64,000 nt of DNA. Source: Amoebophrya sp. A120 (taxonomy: Eukaryota; Protista; Dinoflagellata). The notes below the pieces were generated by a model, which had not been told where the DNA came from, did no database searches, and saw nothing but the letters and a program-made list of their open reading frames with translations. A program made the translations under genes and the position numbers. The stretch's first letter is position 1. Each line of letters begins with the position of its first letter. The DNA lies in assembly GCA_905178155.1 (NCBI GenBank), contig CAJINV010000005.1, forward strand, positions 5,855,754 to 5,919,753, written 5' to 3'. Shown here one piece after another: positions 37,201-49,800 of this stretch.

Positions 37201-38305
37201 TGGTTCTGCCCAGATTTGTCATGCGCCACTTGAAAAGAAACTAGGCACCAACTGGTACTATCCGTTTTATGCATTGCAATTCGTTTCAACTCTGTCGATT
37301 TCAATCCGGACACTCCCATAGCGGTCGGCTTCTTCGTAGTCGGCGCCTTGGTCGTCACCTCCGGCCCACCCTCGGAGCAATCGTAAAACGACAGTGTGAC
37401 GGCTCCGCCGCCGGTGTTGAGGAAATCAAAATCCAGGAAATCCTCCGCCTCCTCCCATTGAATGCGCACCAGGTTCGCCCCTTTCTGTTCCGGCCTTCGG
37501 TCGTCGGAACCTTCTGGATAATATTCTATTTTCTCAGTCAAGTCCCTTTCTTCTTGGTCGCCTTCCGGCTCTCCATACCGTTTGCGTGTAATCAAGTAGT
37601 CGTCACACTTGTACTCAAAGCCAAAACCCCAGGGAAGATTAGTAATCCAGTCTGCTGGATCCTTGTAGATGGACGATTTCCAGTAGGAGAAGTCCGCTTT
37701 CCCTTTGCCTTTTCGTTCGTATCCACTGTAAATATCATCCCGTACACGACGTACAAGTGCGGAGGATGTCTCTGCATGACAAAACTTGGCTTCGCTCCTA
37801 GTTTAGCATGACAAGTTTTCGACGGCTCCAAATTGGTAGAATTTGTGATGCATCTTGTACATGTACCTACGGGAAATTTGTATTGCATAGTTTGCCCTCC
37901 GGCTTCACCAGAAAGATCACATCGTCGTTTTTTCCCCATTTACATCCAGTGCAAAAGCATCTTCGCACTTCTCGTACTATTGCAGTCATGCATTGCAAAT
38001 CTTGTTCATAAGCTAAATCCGCACTACAAAAAATTTGATCTCTCATTATACTGAGGAAATTTGTGAGGCATTTTTTATACGAGTACGATACTTTTGCAAT
38101 GCATAATTTTTTCTCGGGGGATAGATTCCAGCTCGGTCCTGCCCCTCACACGGAACTTCATGGTGGGACTGCCTTTGCAATTAAAATTATCCGACAGCTT
38201 TACGAAACTCACTGACTGTCCGTTTCCACTCGATGATGATGTGCGTGCAGTAGGCGGGTGGCTCCCCCTTGAACGCGGGTGCGACGGAGCCTTGAAAAAT
38301 GCCCT
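34285..38305 (-). CDS. Modular extracellular protein: unknown domain, Thr/Pro/Lys linker and Cys-rich module (5' part frameshifted)
   Basis: After removing 9 elements the frame is clean from ~37940 to the stop at 34285: VIFLVKPEGKRKGKGKADFSYW...TTKAPTTKKPT...CCQEQDGFYCFEKDQYWGGC...GWNTPWACKC. The Cys module loosely resembles CBM1-like repeats (inference). Confidence 0.65.
34455..34733. mobile_element. Introner F7, 279 bp
   Basis: DR CAGGA/CAGGA. Confidence 0.9.
34819..35071. mobile_element. Introner F1, 253 bp, inserted into the terminus of the 35075 element
   Basis: DR GACTA/GACTA; the TA of the right copy is the first 2 nt of the next element. Confidence 0.9.
35075..35458. mobile_element. 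Old F1-like introner, 384 bp
   Basis: TATCAACTGCAAATATT...AATATTTGCGATGGATA; DR decayed; removal needed for the frame. Confidence 0.7.
35493..35793. mobile_element. Introner F4, 301 bp, DR decayed
   Basis: TIR TATGGAAGCGTCA; removing the element plus 5 nt keeps the frame. Confidence 0.85.
35991..36296. mobile_element. Introner F4, 306 bp
   Basis: DR CTGTG/CTGTG. Confidence 0.9.
36361..36623. mobile_element. Introner F1, 263 bp
   Basis: DR GTGGT/GTGGT. Confidence 0.9.
36629..36938. mobile_element. Introner F7, 310 bp, same target site as 36361
   Basis: DR GTGGT/GTGGT, sharing the middle copy 36624-36628. Confidence 0.88.
37007..37320. mobile_element. Introner F4, 314 bp (opposite orientation to 5931 and 35991)
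   Basis: DR GCGGT/GCGGT. Confidence 0.9.
37720..37889. mobile_element. Introner F3, 170 bp
   Basis: DR GTTCG/GTTTG. Confidence 0.88.
37943..38105. mobile_element. Introner F2, ~163 bp, mutated left end (CAT)
   Basis: DR ATTTA/ATTTT; standard removal leaves a 1-nt frame error. Confidence 0.75.
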
Positions 38306-40624
38306 GGTTTATTCTGCCAATCCAAACCAGCCCGACGAATAAAGAACCAGATCAACTACGAAATTCGAACAAACATCTCCTGAGGTCGCTGTGAGTTTGT
38401 TTCTGCATATTACTAATTGATTCTTCCCTGACAAACCTCTGGTACGAAAAATTAGCGCTAAAACTCGCCTAAAAATCGCAATGAGGTGGCTACCTGGACC
38501 TAGCCCCATAAAGCTGCGAAAGGCTCCTTTTTTGAGCTCAAAGAAATTTAGTATGCAAAATTTGTAATGCGGATAAGAGATGAGTCAAACCGTAAAAGTC
38601 CGATGTGGTGGGGCCCTAATGGATCTTGATCCGGCTAAACCGAGCAGGACAACTGCCGACCGTCCAGAGGCCTGAATCTTTAACGCCTTTCGAGGCCCAA
38701 TCTTGCTACGCGAAGAAAGCGGGCACCCAAGAGACTGATTTTGTCTTCGACTCCATTAGCCTCTGCAGTGTCTTGGCGGCTGTGTCACTGTACCTGCTTT
38801 CCTGGTGCCTCGACGTCCAAGCTGACTAGCCCAAAACAAAGCGATTTTTACGTAAAAAGCAACTCTTTTCAAAAATATGCCACCAAACACGGACGACAGG
38901 ACGAATCATTTAGCTAGCTTCCATGGAATAAGATGCGAACTTCATCTCTATTAAGCACTGAAAGAAAGTAATTGCATTTTCTACTTCCACCATCCCTCTC
39001 GCGTCTTCTTTTTCTTTTCCGCCTCAGGAATTTGGTGCATTCTCTATTTGATCCTCCTTCTATTTTTCTTGTTTATATTTCTTTTTGCGTCTCATATGAT
39101 CTTACTTTTCCTACTCAGATCTGTTTCCATACTTTCGTGGATTAGAGCGCAGAAGTCGTCGCTGCTGCAACAATTCTCCGTGTTTCAAATTTCATCATCC
39201 TTTTCTCTTCTGGCGTGCTTGTAATGCTTATTGACATTATTTTACTACTCATACTCGCCCTGAATCCTTACAATTTGACATCATGGTAATTTTATTTTAT
39301 TACTATCAAACAAACAAAAAAAGCCGCCTGCTCTTACATCATATTTTGGTATACCCTGACCGCAAAAGTCTTTGCGAAACCGTGACAGCTCAAACCCAGT
39401 AGAAGCAGGCCCAAATGTCGCAGCTCGCAACGCCGCTTTTTTTCTGCTCTGGATGCTCATGCCGCCCATTGTAGATTGCAATCCGCCTCTACTTCTCCTA
39501 CACCTGTTCCTTCGATCTTCATCTGGGGAGCGGCATCGAGTTTCACTTACAGGAGAACTTAATATATCGACATTTCCGTGGCGGTCTGGTAGAGTTGCTT
39601 CTGTGTTCTTTCTAATTTTTCTATTTTCACATTTGGAAGGATGTAGAAACGCTTCTACATTGTAGCGCGCCTTCTTTGGTGGAGTTCTTTTTCTCTTTTC
39701 CACTTACAGACGGGCTCTTACTAAAAAAAAAGTTCACTTGTGTATTGCAAAAACCAGCTCTAAAACTATCCGTCCATCAGAAGTTCGCTCTTTATTACTT
39801 TGTATACAAAGCCTGTAGCTTCGAATGAGTTTGGTAACTGCGTCTTCTTTTTTTCAGGCGGTAAAATTTGCAGTGCTATCTTTTCCAAGTTATTCTCTAT
39901 ATTTTCTTTCGCAAAGGCTTTCAGCAGGGGCTTCTTTTTGTTCGCCCCGAGCAGGAACCGGTAGACGTTTTTGGGCTGGTTCAGCACTTCTTTCTCGTTT
40001 TCTAGGGTGTTCTCCACCTCCTCGCACTGGAATACCTCCATCCGCAGGGTGCGACGTAGCCTTGAAAAACGCCCGGGAGGAGCTGTCGCCGCCGCCAGGC
40101 TGCTGCTCCACTATCACTTCTTTCGAAGAAGTTTGGGGTTTGCTGGTTTCTCCACCCGCTATATCGCCGGGAGTACTGCTTGCGTCCTCCGCAAGTTGTC
40201 CAGGAAGTCCTCCATCTCCCACCTCCACAATATCCTCTAAAATCGATTTTGTCAAGTCTGGGGAGGATTCGCTCCGGATCTGCTTCTGATGCCGTGCCTT
40301 GGCTTTCGGTACAGCTGCCGTGCTTGCTGAGCCGCCTGCTCCTGCAGAAGTTGTGGTTGCAAGATCGTGCTGCCGACCGGAAGTAGTTTTTTCATCACCA
40401 CTCATCGCAAGACCACCTACATCTGCACTTCCAAGTAGAACTTTTTCCCCTCCGCTTTTCATCTTCTCCGTCGTGGTCACATACTGCTTCCCGAACTCAA
40501 ACACATCCATTTGTCCGCCGACGTAGCCTTGAAAAATGTCCTTGTTTAAGTCGTAGTTCACCACGGCAGAGTTTGAGGCGAGCGTGTTGTTAACCTGAAA
40601 TTGGGGATCGATCGGCTCCGCCAA
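38306..40624 (-). pseudogene. Frameshifted or decayed extra copies of the domain shared by the flanking genes
   Basis: The motif G[IV]F[QP]G[YS]V is encoded at ~41890, ~40541 (as DIFQGYV), ~40074 and ~38305 in inconsistent frames; 28-bp near-identity between 38277-38304 and 40047-40074. Confidence 0.4.
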
Positions 40625-42792
40625 GAACTTATATTATAATCCGGAATTCCCTTCTCGCATGTGTAAAACGAAAGCCGCACTTCGCCACCCCCATATTGAG
40701 AGGAAAAATCCCCCCTCGTCCCCATATCAAAAAGGAAAACAGACTTGTGGTCACAAATCAGCTTTGTGATGCTAGAAGGCAAAAGATGCGGACTCTAGTG
40801 CTGTCTAGCGTGGGAAAGCCTTGCACATCCAGCATGGCAGGGGGCAGCTGGAAGTGGGAAACAGCATGACAGATTGCCTGCAATTTAGGCCGCACCTTCG
40901 TCTCTTGGCCTTCTAGCAATACAAGTCGATTTGTGTACTCAAATACAGCATCACAAATTCGCGCATCTTCCGTTTCCGATATGGGGTGGGGGCTTTTTTC
41001 ACTTTGATACACCAACTTTCAAATCCAGAAAGTCGTCGGCCTCATCCCATTCAACTCTTACCAGGTCACCGGGTTTGCGGGGAAAGGCAAAGTCAAGGCT
41101 ATTCCACTCAACCGGATCTCCGTCGTGATCCCGTTTCACAGCCAAGCCTCTGAAGATCCCGTCTTCCTCTTGTGTAAAGCCAACAGAATTGTCCTTTGGC
41201 TCGCCGTAATCTTCTTCTCCCGTACCGTAGGCATCACACTTGTACTCGAAGCGCGAAACAAGGTTGTTGCGGAAAAATCCCCCATTGATATTCCAAGGAA
41301 AAATCCCCCCTCCCCATATGGAAAACGTATGCTCCGAAAAATTTGCGATGCTGCTTTGTGGCCACAAATCCTGTCTCTTTTGCAAGAAGGCATTATCCAA
41401 AGAATTCCCCGCCTTATGGAGGCGATTTGTGATGCTGTTTCACGTACATGGCTGGCCTCTATCATGCTAAGCGCCTACAACAAAACGCCCCTACGCAGGC
41501 TGAGGCTTCGCCTGTAGTGCCCCACTGCAAGACAGGGGTGATTTTTGTACAAAAATCCAGCAACAGAAGTTTCCGTTTCAATATGGGGAGGGGAGATTTT
41601 TCACTTTGATAGTTGAGGTCGGTTCTCCAGTAGGAAAAATCTGCTTTCCCGGCGCCTTTCCGCTTCGCTTGCGGCTTTACCAGAAAAATGGTGTCGCTGT
41701 TTTTTTTCCATTCATTTTCCTCTCTGGTGCTGTCATAACTTCTGCCTGCATCGTAGCCAGGCGCAAGACGGAATTTCATCGTGGCGCAGCATTTGCAACT
41801 GTCCAGCTGTTTTACCTCTTGCGACTTGCACTGCAGAGAAGTTTCCGGGTCGCCCTTCCAGGCAGGAACCACATAGCCCGGAAAAATGCCCTTTTCCAAG
41901 TTGTACTCTGCGGGAGGACGTGGCGTAGTGTTTCCAAACGAGCTCGAAAGCAGCCCGCGCAGCCCGGCGGGATCGGGTGCGCCGAGGTAGCCGGGCTTCG
42001 ACTCCACGTCGACCGCGATGGGTTCTTGTCCGCTGCAACCTACATCGCCACAGCTTCTGCTGGCCTCGTCGCGATTCTCGCCGGGCTCCTTGCCAACGCC
42101 AGCGGCGGAATGTTGATGTTCGCGCTCTTTGCCGAGTGGCACCCAATAAGATTCCTGGATGAGAGGTCCTGCGCCTCCACCGGGGGTCGACGTGGGAGAG
42201 TTGTGATCCTGCTGCAACTCCAACGCACTAGCACCACTTGTTTTCGTGTCGTTCTTGCGTGAGGACAGGACATCCTCCTGTTTAATATGGCATTTTTGCA
42301 ATACTAGTATATCGCTCATTGCGAATGTCAGGATCATGCACGAGGAACTGAATCTACTATATGTGGAAACCGAAAGGAGCGAAGAAATCAGCACTACAAT
42401 TACAAACTTGTTCAAGTATTTCTTATTCATACATTGTCATGATCTACTGAGCCAGTTATATATTATCATAATTTGATGTCGGACTCGAATGTAATGCATA
42501 CCTGTGCAGCGGTCGTGGTGCCGTTGGCGTTGTTCCCCTCAGCAGTAGAGATCGCCGGAGCTGCGACGTGTTGAAGATTTTCTTCGTGTCCATGTCGTCC
42601 TTTTTCGTGTGCAACAAGAACTTCCTGATGCATCTTCACGACTTGCAGTGCTAGAGCGTGAGGGAACGACCCCGACGACATGAACAGCAGGCCGCAACGA
42701 GCGACCCAGGAATAAAACAGCCTCGTGTAGCAGTAGCGGCCTCTGCTCGGGAACAAGATGAGCAGTGTCATGTCTACCTTCGAGGAGGACAT
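40558..42792 (-). CDS. Secreted protein, paralogous to the domain at 37370-38305
   Basis: Leader exon, GT-AG intron 42278-42501 and two introners; TMKFR...IFLVKPQAKRKGAGKADFSYW...FEYKCD...LVRVEWDEADDFLD...GGGEVRLSFYTC aligns by eye with the downstream gene. Confidence 0.7.
40694..41009. mobile_element. Introner F8, 316 bp
   Basis: DR CCCCA/CACCA. Confidence 0.88.
41289..41611. mobile_element. Introner F8, 323 bp
   Basis: DR ATTGA/GTTGA. Confidence 0.85.
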
Positions 42793-43744
42793 CTAGCCGC
42801 TCGCCGTCCTCTATTTTGAGCTCTGTTTCTTGATGCCGTGCTGTAGCTAGAAAAAAAGAAGTAGGGGAAGAAATCTTCTTCTGTGCACTGTATACCGACT
42901 TTCAAGACAGTTAGAGCTTCGTAAAGATGTGCACGAACGAAAAAAATGAAATTGAAAAGCAAAAGGCTCTGGGTTATGTTCAGGAAAGCAATATTCACCT
43001 GGATGCAATACCGGGTATGCGAGTAGACAGCTTTAAAAACTTTGTTCTAGCTTTATTTACTGAAGTACTCTTAAATGAAGCAAAATCACTGATACTCTTA
43101 TAACGGAACAGTCCGACGAATGACGATGACCGCAAAAATCTTCAACGAAGTTGTAGCGATGACATTTTCTTAAGAAGTACGTACTTACGAGGGAGATCAT
43201 GTCCTTGCACGAAAAGAAAGCTGCTGCACGAAACTCTGTAGGCATTGCTGCCATGATGTCGACTGCTTCACGAAAGATGAAACGCTGCATGGAAAAATGG
43301 GACGATGTTGGTTACGCACGATGTGGTTTTCGTAAAAATGAAATTCTTTCTGCAGTACAACAACCACGAAAATTTGAATTTCGCAGTATACCGTAAAGAC
43401 GTTTTATGTAATTAATTTTTTTGAGCAGTACCACTATGCAACGACCGCTGTTGTTTATGAATCTCGTCAGAACACATGATCATCAACGACTCTTTTGCTC
43501 TTTTCCGATCAAGATCAACCTTTTGCTCTTGGGATAAGGCGGACCTCTACCTTGTGGCTGTGCAGCAGGTGGAGAACATAGAACAGCTACAACAAAAGAA
43601 GATTCTACTTATCTGGGTTACGACATCGAAGAGCTTTGAAAAAGTCTCAATCGTGTTCCTCGTGGCTGGTGGTCCTGTTGCGCAGCGGCAGCTATACAAC
43701 AAACGAACGTTGCTTCATCTTCATGTTCCTAATCTGTCTCACGA

Positions 43745-45601
43745 TCATCTGTTCACGACTCCTCCCGCACCGCGCTTCAACAGGTCCTGCGTCGATTTTC
43801 CAAACGTGTCCAACTGAGCCAGGCCGCTGCTGGCTCTCGGCTCAAAGCTCTTCGTCCCGATACTTAATATCCACAGTGCAGTAATTCCCGTACTACGTGT
43901 ACAAATGCGAAGGAGGTGTCTGCATGACAAAATTTTGATTTATTGCGTTGCTTGAAAAAAATTTATTCAGCATGACAAGTATGATTGCCTTGACATCGGA
44001 ATTTGTGATGCATTTTGTACATGAGTACTAGTAGGGGACATCACGTTCTTTGATGCGTTCTTTTTGCATAATACTAGACGTACTCGCACTCCCCATCTGG
44101 AGCGAAGTTGCCGAAAATGCGATGGAACCCTGGTATGGAAGAAAAAAAGATTTTCGTGTGTGGACTTTGTGATGCTGAACATGCAACAACAACAAGATGA
44201 TTGCATGGACATGGTCACGGTCGTGCATGCGTTTCATGCATTCTTGTCGGGTTGTAACCGTTCGACGGTGTAGTTTTCCTTTTCCTCGACAAGTTTTAGG
44301 GTACAACTATGACTATCTGCGCAGCACCATGAAAGGTATATTTTGCAGCTGTCGTCAAGAACATCATGATCACAGCGAGGTTTAGTACATATCGTGCTTC
44401 AGGATTGTTCACACAAACACACTTTATTTTGTCTTTCCTCCGATACGTGATCAGTCAGTTTCACTCCTGCCGCCTTCGCGTTATCAAATGTACAAGTGTC
44501 TGGGTCTGGAACAAAGCTGCACCTTGTCATGCTAAATCTGAATCGTGTAAAAATCTGTGTTGCATGATTACCAAAAGCTGTCCACTTTTGACCTAATCGA
44601 GAGGCAGTTTCTCATGCAGGATAGGCATGGTAGAACTCTCACAGAATCTCTCCTGCTATGTCCTTCATGCCAGACCTCATGGGTCATGGAAAACCTGCAT
44701 GACAAGTCTGGCATTCTTCCAGACCCAGACATTTTTGCAGTTGATACGCGTTGTGATCTTGCAACATGCCCTGGCGCACCGCCGCTTCATTTTGTTTCCG
44801 AAACTGGTGGCTGGAAGCGGGTCGAAGGACGGGCTTGTTCTTATCCGTCAAAGACCCCTGCAAATGAGCCTGGTAGGAGCCGGTAAGAACGTCCTCGCCG
44901 TCACTTTCGGAGGAAGACAAGGCGGGATCGTCGTGCTTATTCCTGCTGCCCGGCTTGCTTTTCTTATTCTTGTTCGCAGGTGCCGCTTCAGTGGTCTTTT
45001 CATCGTCAACATTTCTTCTTCTTCCTGATCCATCGGGGCTTTCGTCTTCACCTGCATTCGATGACCCGCCTTGTCCTGCGTCTTGCTCCTGTGGTGGACC
45101 CCCTCGATGTCGACTCAGCAGATGCTGTACGATGAGCCCGATGCCTACAACGAAGCAAAAGCCAACTACAAGCGATATCACCTCATTCATCTCGCGCGAA
45201 GATTGTGTGGTGGAGGAAGAAGAGTTACTACTGCTGCTGCTGTTTTCATTCTTCTCTGCTCGTGCTCCTGACCTTGTGGCAGAAGTTGCGCCTCCAGCTC
45301 CACCACCACCACCACCACCACCACTACCCTCATCCACTGCACCGCCGGTCGTGATGTTGTAACTTTCAGGACTACAAAATCGATCCGGGACAGAGTCGAC
45401 GTACTGCCCGGATTTTTCATTTGGCTTTGCGTAGGTGGAGTTGCTGCCACACCAATATTTCCAGTCGTCGATGGAATCTTCACACGCTGTCGACCGCAGA
45501 GAAGAATTGATGAGGCAAAAGACCGACTGTTCGACGGCAATTGGGTCGAACGTGTCCAGTTGTCCCGCAGAATAGCCCAAGCAACTTTCGAAGAAGCGCA
45601 A
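43745..45601 (-). CDS. Single-pass membrane protein with a Cys-rich N-part (5' end unresolved)
   Basis: ORF 44684-45601 with TM VISLVVGFCFVVGIGLIV, continued across introner 44482-44746, GT-AG intron 44130-44446 and decayed element 43868-44069. Confidence 0.55.
43868..44069. mobile_element. Decayed introner F3, ~202 bp
   Basis: Left end TATCCACAGTG..TTCCCGTAC; interior matches 13785; right end uncertain. Confidence 0.6.
44482..44746. mobile_element. Introner F1, 265 bp
   Basis: DR CGCGT/CGCGT. Confidence 0.9.
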
Positions 45602-46842
45602 GCATTTCTGGACGCAATTTTCTGGTCACGAAGGTGCTGCACGAATAAAAAACGAAGCAGAGCCGTTCCTTTGCTGAGAATGACAATGAGACGAGTGGCC
45701 GCGACAAAGAAAACGACTACGATCAGGAGCGATTTACTGCTGCGTGCGAAGCGAGGAAGAAGTCAAACCAACTTCACAGCAAACGATTGCAGCCTACAAC
45801 CCTCCTCAACCTCTCAACAAAACCGCAGAAAGATACGAAAGATAATGATATAACGCTTTCCTTGTGGAGCGAAAGATAACACTTTTCTTGTGGATTTTCC
45901 GACTTCTTTGATGAAGTTGAAGTTCATCTCGTCGTACTGACATCGGTAGAACTAGAGGAGGCTGTAGCTCATCCCAAGAAAACATCTCAGTTGTCAGGGT
46001 CACAATGTTCATTTGTTTTCAAAAATTCAACTGCAAGCTTATCTGAAGATTGATTACTTATTCCCCGAAAACTAATTTGAAAAGACAACCATTCCTCATC
46101 TAGTCGCTCGTCTCTCATCTTGTTCTACTGAGAAGTCAATTTATGCTGCTAATCCTATTACTGGTTAGTACTATCTTCGAGGACTGCATTCAACAGCTGG
46201 ATCGTGCTGGCGTAAAGAAAAAAAGAAGAAAAAGAGCGACCAAAAATCACGACTCGTATTAAGCCTCAGCCCAGCTTCTACAGGCGGCGGCACTTTATTA
46301 TTCGGGCATGGGCACGACACAACAAAGCACATAAAAACTTGTTGAAAAAAATGACGCGCGCCAGATAGAAAACGCAAAAACTGTTTCTGTTACGCGTAGA
46401 CGCGGCCCAAAGATGAAATCGTCTAGCTGTTTGTTTTTTACTGAATTACTTCTACTACTAACTGCAACTTAAAACAGGAAAAGAAAAAGGACATGCTCGC
46501 ACTTCGAACTTTAGTCGTAGCTCGCGAAAACAAGATGTAGATGAAACAATCTTCATGCATATTAAAGTGAATTACAAAAGACCTCCTCCTGCTGATCGCC
46601 TGCTGCTCACAGTAGCCGCCTCGTTGTATCATTGTGTTGGACCTGCTTCGGAAGGTATGATCACAGTATCGAGCGAATCTTGAGTCTGGACCGCCACTTC
46701 AACGTTAAAGCGTTTTATCTCAGGCGACGGCTTCTTGTTCCCATCTCGTGAAAGAAGAAGATCATGATCAACATGTAGTTCAACAAGTGCAGCACATGCA
46801 CATCACCCACCCGCCTCGTAATGGGTTTCCCACATCCAGTAC

Positions 46843-49800
46843 CTAATCCCCCTTGACCCCGGTGACCAGGCTGTGGGCTATGAAGTTCTCAAGTGTTACA
46901 TCCTCAACTGTTACATGATTTGTCATGCAAAATGAGCATCAAAATCCACACAGGGAAGCTCTCTTGCATGACAAATTTTGGAAGGGCTAAACAGCATGGG
47001 AATCTACTGTGCCGAATTTGTAATGCAAGAGCTGCAAGATCCGGCCTTTCCCTGTTGCCAGTCTTGCATCACAAATTGATGCAAGAACAGTTGAGAACGT
47101 AACAATTGAGAATCCCATATGGGCGGATGGCAACCGGTGGATTGATGTTTTTGTTTGGTTGTAACCGTCACCCCCAGCCCCACTCCCGCCGCCGTACTGC
47201 GTCATGCTATTTCCTCGGTTGTTCATGTTGTAGTCCCTCCCGCTGGTTCGCGCCGGCGGCATTGACGGCATGTGCGTCTGCCCGAACGAGCCCGCGACGC
47301 CGCCGGGGAGAAAGGAAGACCCGAGGGTGGAGACTTTATGAATTGCAAATATGTCTGGGTCTGGAATGTTGGAACTTGTGATGCTGTCTTTGGATTCTAG
47401 AATAAAACTCTTTATTGCATGACCAGCAAGAGGAGTCCTCTTTGTGCTACGCGGAGAGGGCATTTCTCATGCGGAATGGGCAGCGGGAAGCCCTCTAAAA
47501 ATCTGTGATGCTACTCATGCATTTAACAAGCTTCGCGGGTCATTGAAAATCGGCATGACAAATCCTGCACTCTTCCAGACCCAGACATATTTGCATGGGA
47601 TAGACTTTGTAAAAATCGGATTTCCGGAGGAACAAATACTCCAGCCAGCGAATTGACATCGCGAAGGAAAGGAACCCCAAGGTCGTCATCACCTTGTTCC
47701 TCAAGTACGCCGCGAAAAGGGAACTCACTGCGAAGATGCAGGGGTAGGAGAGAAAGTACAGAGACCCCGCAACCAGAAACTTGTTCAGAAACAAGTTCAC
47801 CTTTCCTTATCCTGTGCAAATAAAGTATCGCACTCCCACTGAGCGCAATTATGCATTACAAGTTTTCTTTTCTTCTGAAGCAAGGTAAATCCGCATTACA
47901 AATTTTATTTCTCACGCTGAGGGAATTTGTCATGCATTTATACGAGTACGATACTTTTGCAATTCATATTCCTCCGTGCCCGCTAATTTTCCCGCTCTGC
48001 CGGGTTTGTTGGATCGCGTAGATGCACCTATGCATTGCAAATATGTCTGCGTCTGGAAAGATGCAGCGAGTTTGTGTTGCTGAGTCTTGCAAGGCAGAGC
48101 GAGGTTCTGTACGGCATTCACGCATCACAAGTCTTTCGCTTGGTATCTATTGCGAAGTCTACCGTGATGTTCCGCGTGACATACTAGCTTCCAGCACGAC
48201 AAAAAATCTGGCCCATCACAATCATGCATTACAGATCTCGTTGTCCTTGTCCTTCAAAATTCGCATGACAAATCCAGACCCAAACATATTTGCAATGCAT
48301 AGAACCAGCAGTACAGTAAAAGCCGGATAAAGACCATCAGATACCCACTCCAGCCCTCGTTCTCCATAAACTTGAACGACGCATCGTCTTTCAGCTTCGA
48401 AATATGCATTGCAAAAGTAAAAATATCGCATCCATTCGAACACGAACTCGAAGTATTTGCAATCATGCATTAGCATTACAAATCACTCTCTTAAGGGTGA
48501 TCCGCATTACAAATTCCTGCTTTCATGCTCAGGAAATTTTCAACATTGCAAGTTGTATTAATACGATACTTTTTGCCATCATGCATACGAAAACCCGACC
48601 AGTAAAACGTTCACGGTAACGATGACAAAGATCACCGGAATCACGATGTCCAGGTCCCCAAGCGACTTTATGGCATTCTCAATTGTTACATTCTAAACTG
48701 TTACATGGATTTGTGATGCAGCAATGGCAAAATTGAAAGGAAGGACCTTGCGCGTCTTGCATGACAGATTTGGCACAGATTCTAAGCCTGTTCGGCCGTC
48801 TCAGAATTTGTCATGCGAAGCAGCTTGATGGCGTCGATAGTCAAGGTAATTTTGCACGACAAATCATGTAACAGTTGAGAATGTAACGTTTGAGAACGCC
48901 ATAGACTTCTGCAACAAGGTGTACCCCAGCGCGATGAGGATGAGCAGGGACTGGATGGAGACCTGGGTCACTGCAAGTAAGGCGGAGTTGAGAACTATCC
49001 TGAGTAAAAACGTACCCACACCATAGTCAAGTTGGGAACTTAGCAAGACAAACCCAGGAGCTTTGGGAGCAACGCATGACAACTTCCAGCCCGTATTGTA
49101 GTGCAGTTTAGAAAGTGCAGTCGAATCACAAATCCATCTGCTCATCCCGTTTACAGCATTACAAATTCCAAAACGCGCTTGGAAATGCCTCTCATGGAGA
49201 TGCGCATTACAAATGTTCCTGTCGTTGCGAATCTGCATGACAACTATGGTGTGGGTACGTTTTTACTCAGGATAAGAACGTCGAGAGCTTTGACACCGTA
49301 TCCGTTGTAGGAATAGGCGTAGAGGTGGATGTATCAAATGCAAACATGTCTGGGTCGGGAAGAATGCAGGGGTTTGTCATGCAGATTTTGCATGACCCAT
49401 GAGGTCTGTGATGCAGGCCCTGGCATCAGAGATTTTGCGAATTTGCTTTCTGATGCTCATACCGCATGAGTAGAAATTTACTCCCATAACGCACCCCCTT
49501 GCTCACAAATGAAAAAACTCCGAAGGGATTCCGACGAGATTACGAAACTGCGAATGAGAATTGCTGCGGAGGGACTTGCCAAAAATGAGCTGAAGACCCT
49601 CCGCCCGCTCCTGATCGAACGGCCCGCCCCTGTGGCCGTTTTGCGATCGCGTTGGACTCTGCCGCCTTTGCCATCACGGTCGACGAACAAGTAGATCGCA
49701 GAGAGCAAGTCGCTGCCATGGTCGTAGACCATAACTTTAGTAGCAGTCTAGTACGATCATAACTTTAGAAACAAACGCGCTGCTGTAACTTAAGAAACAG

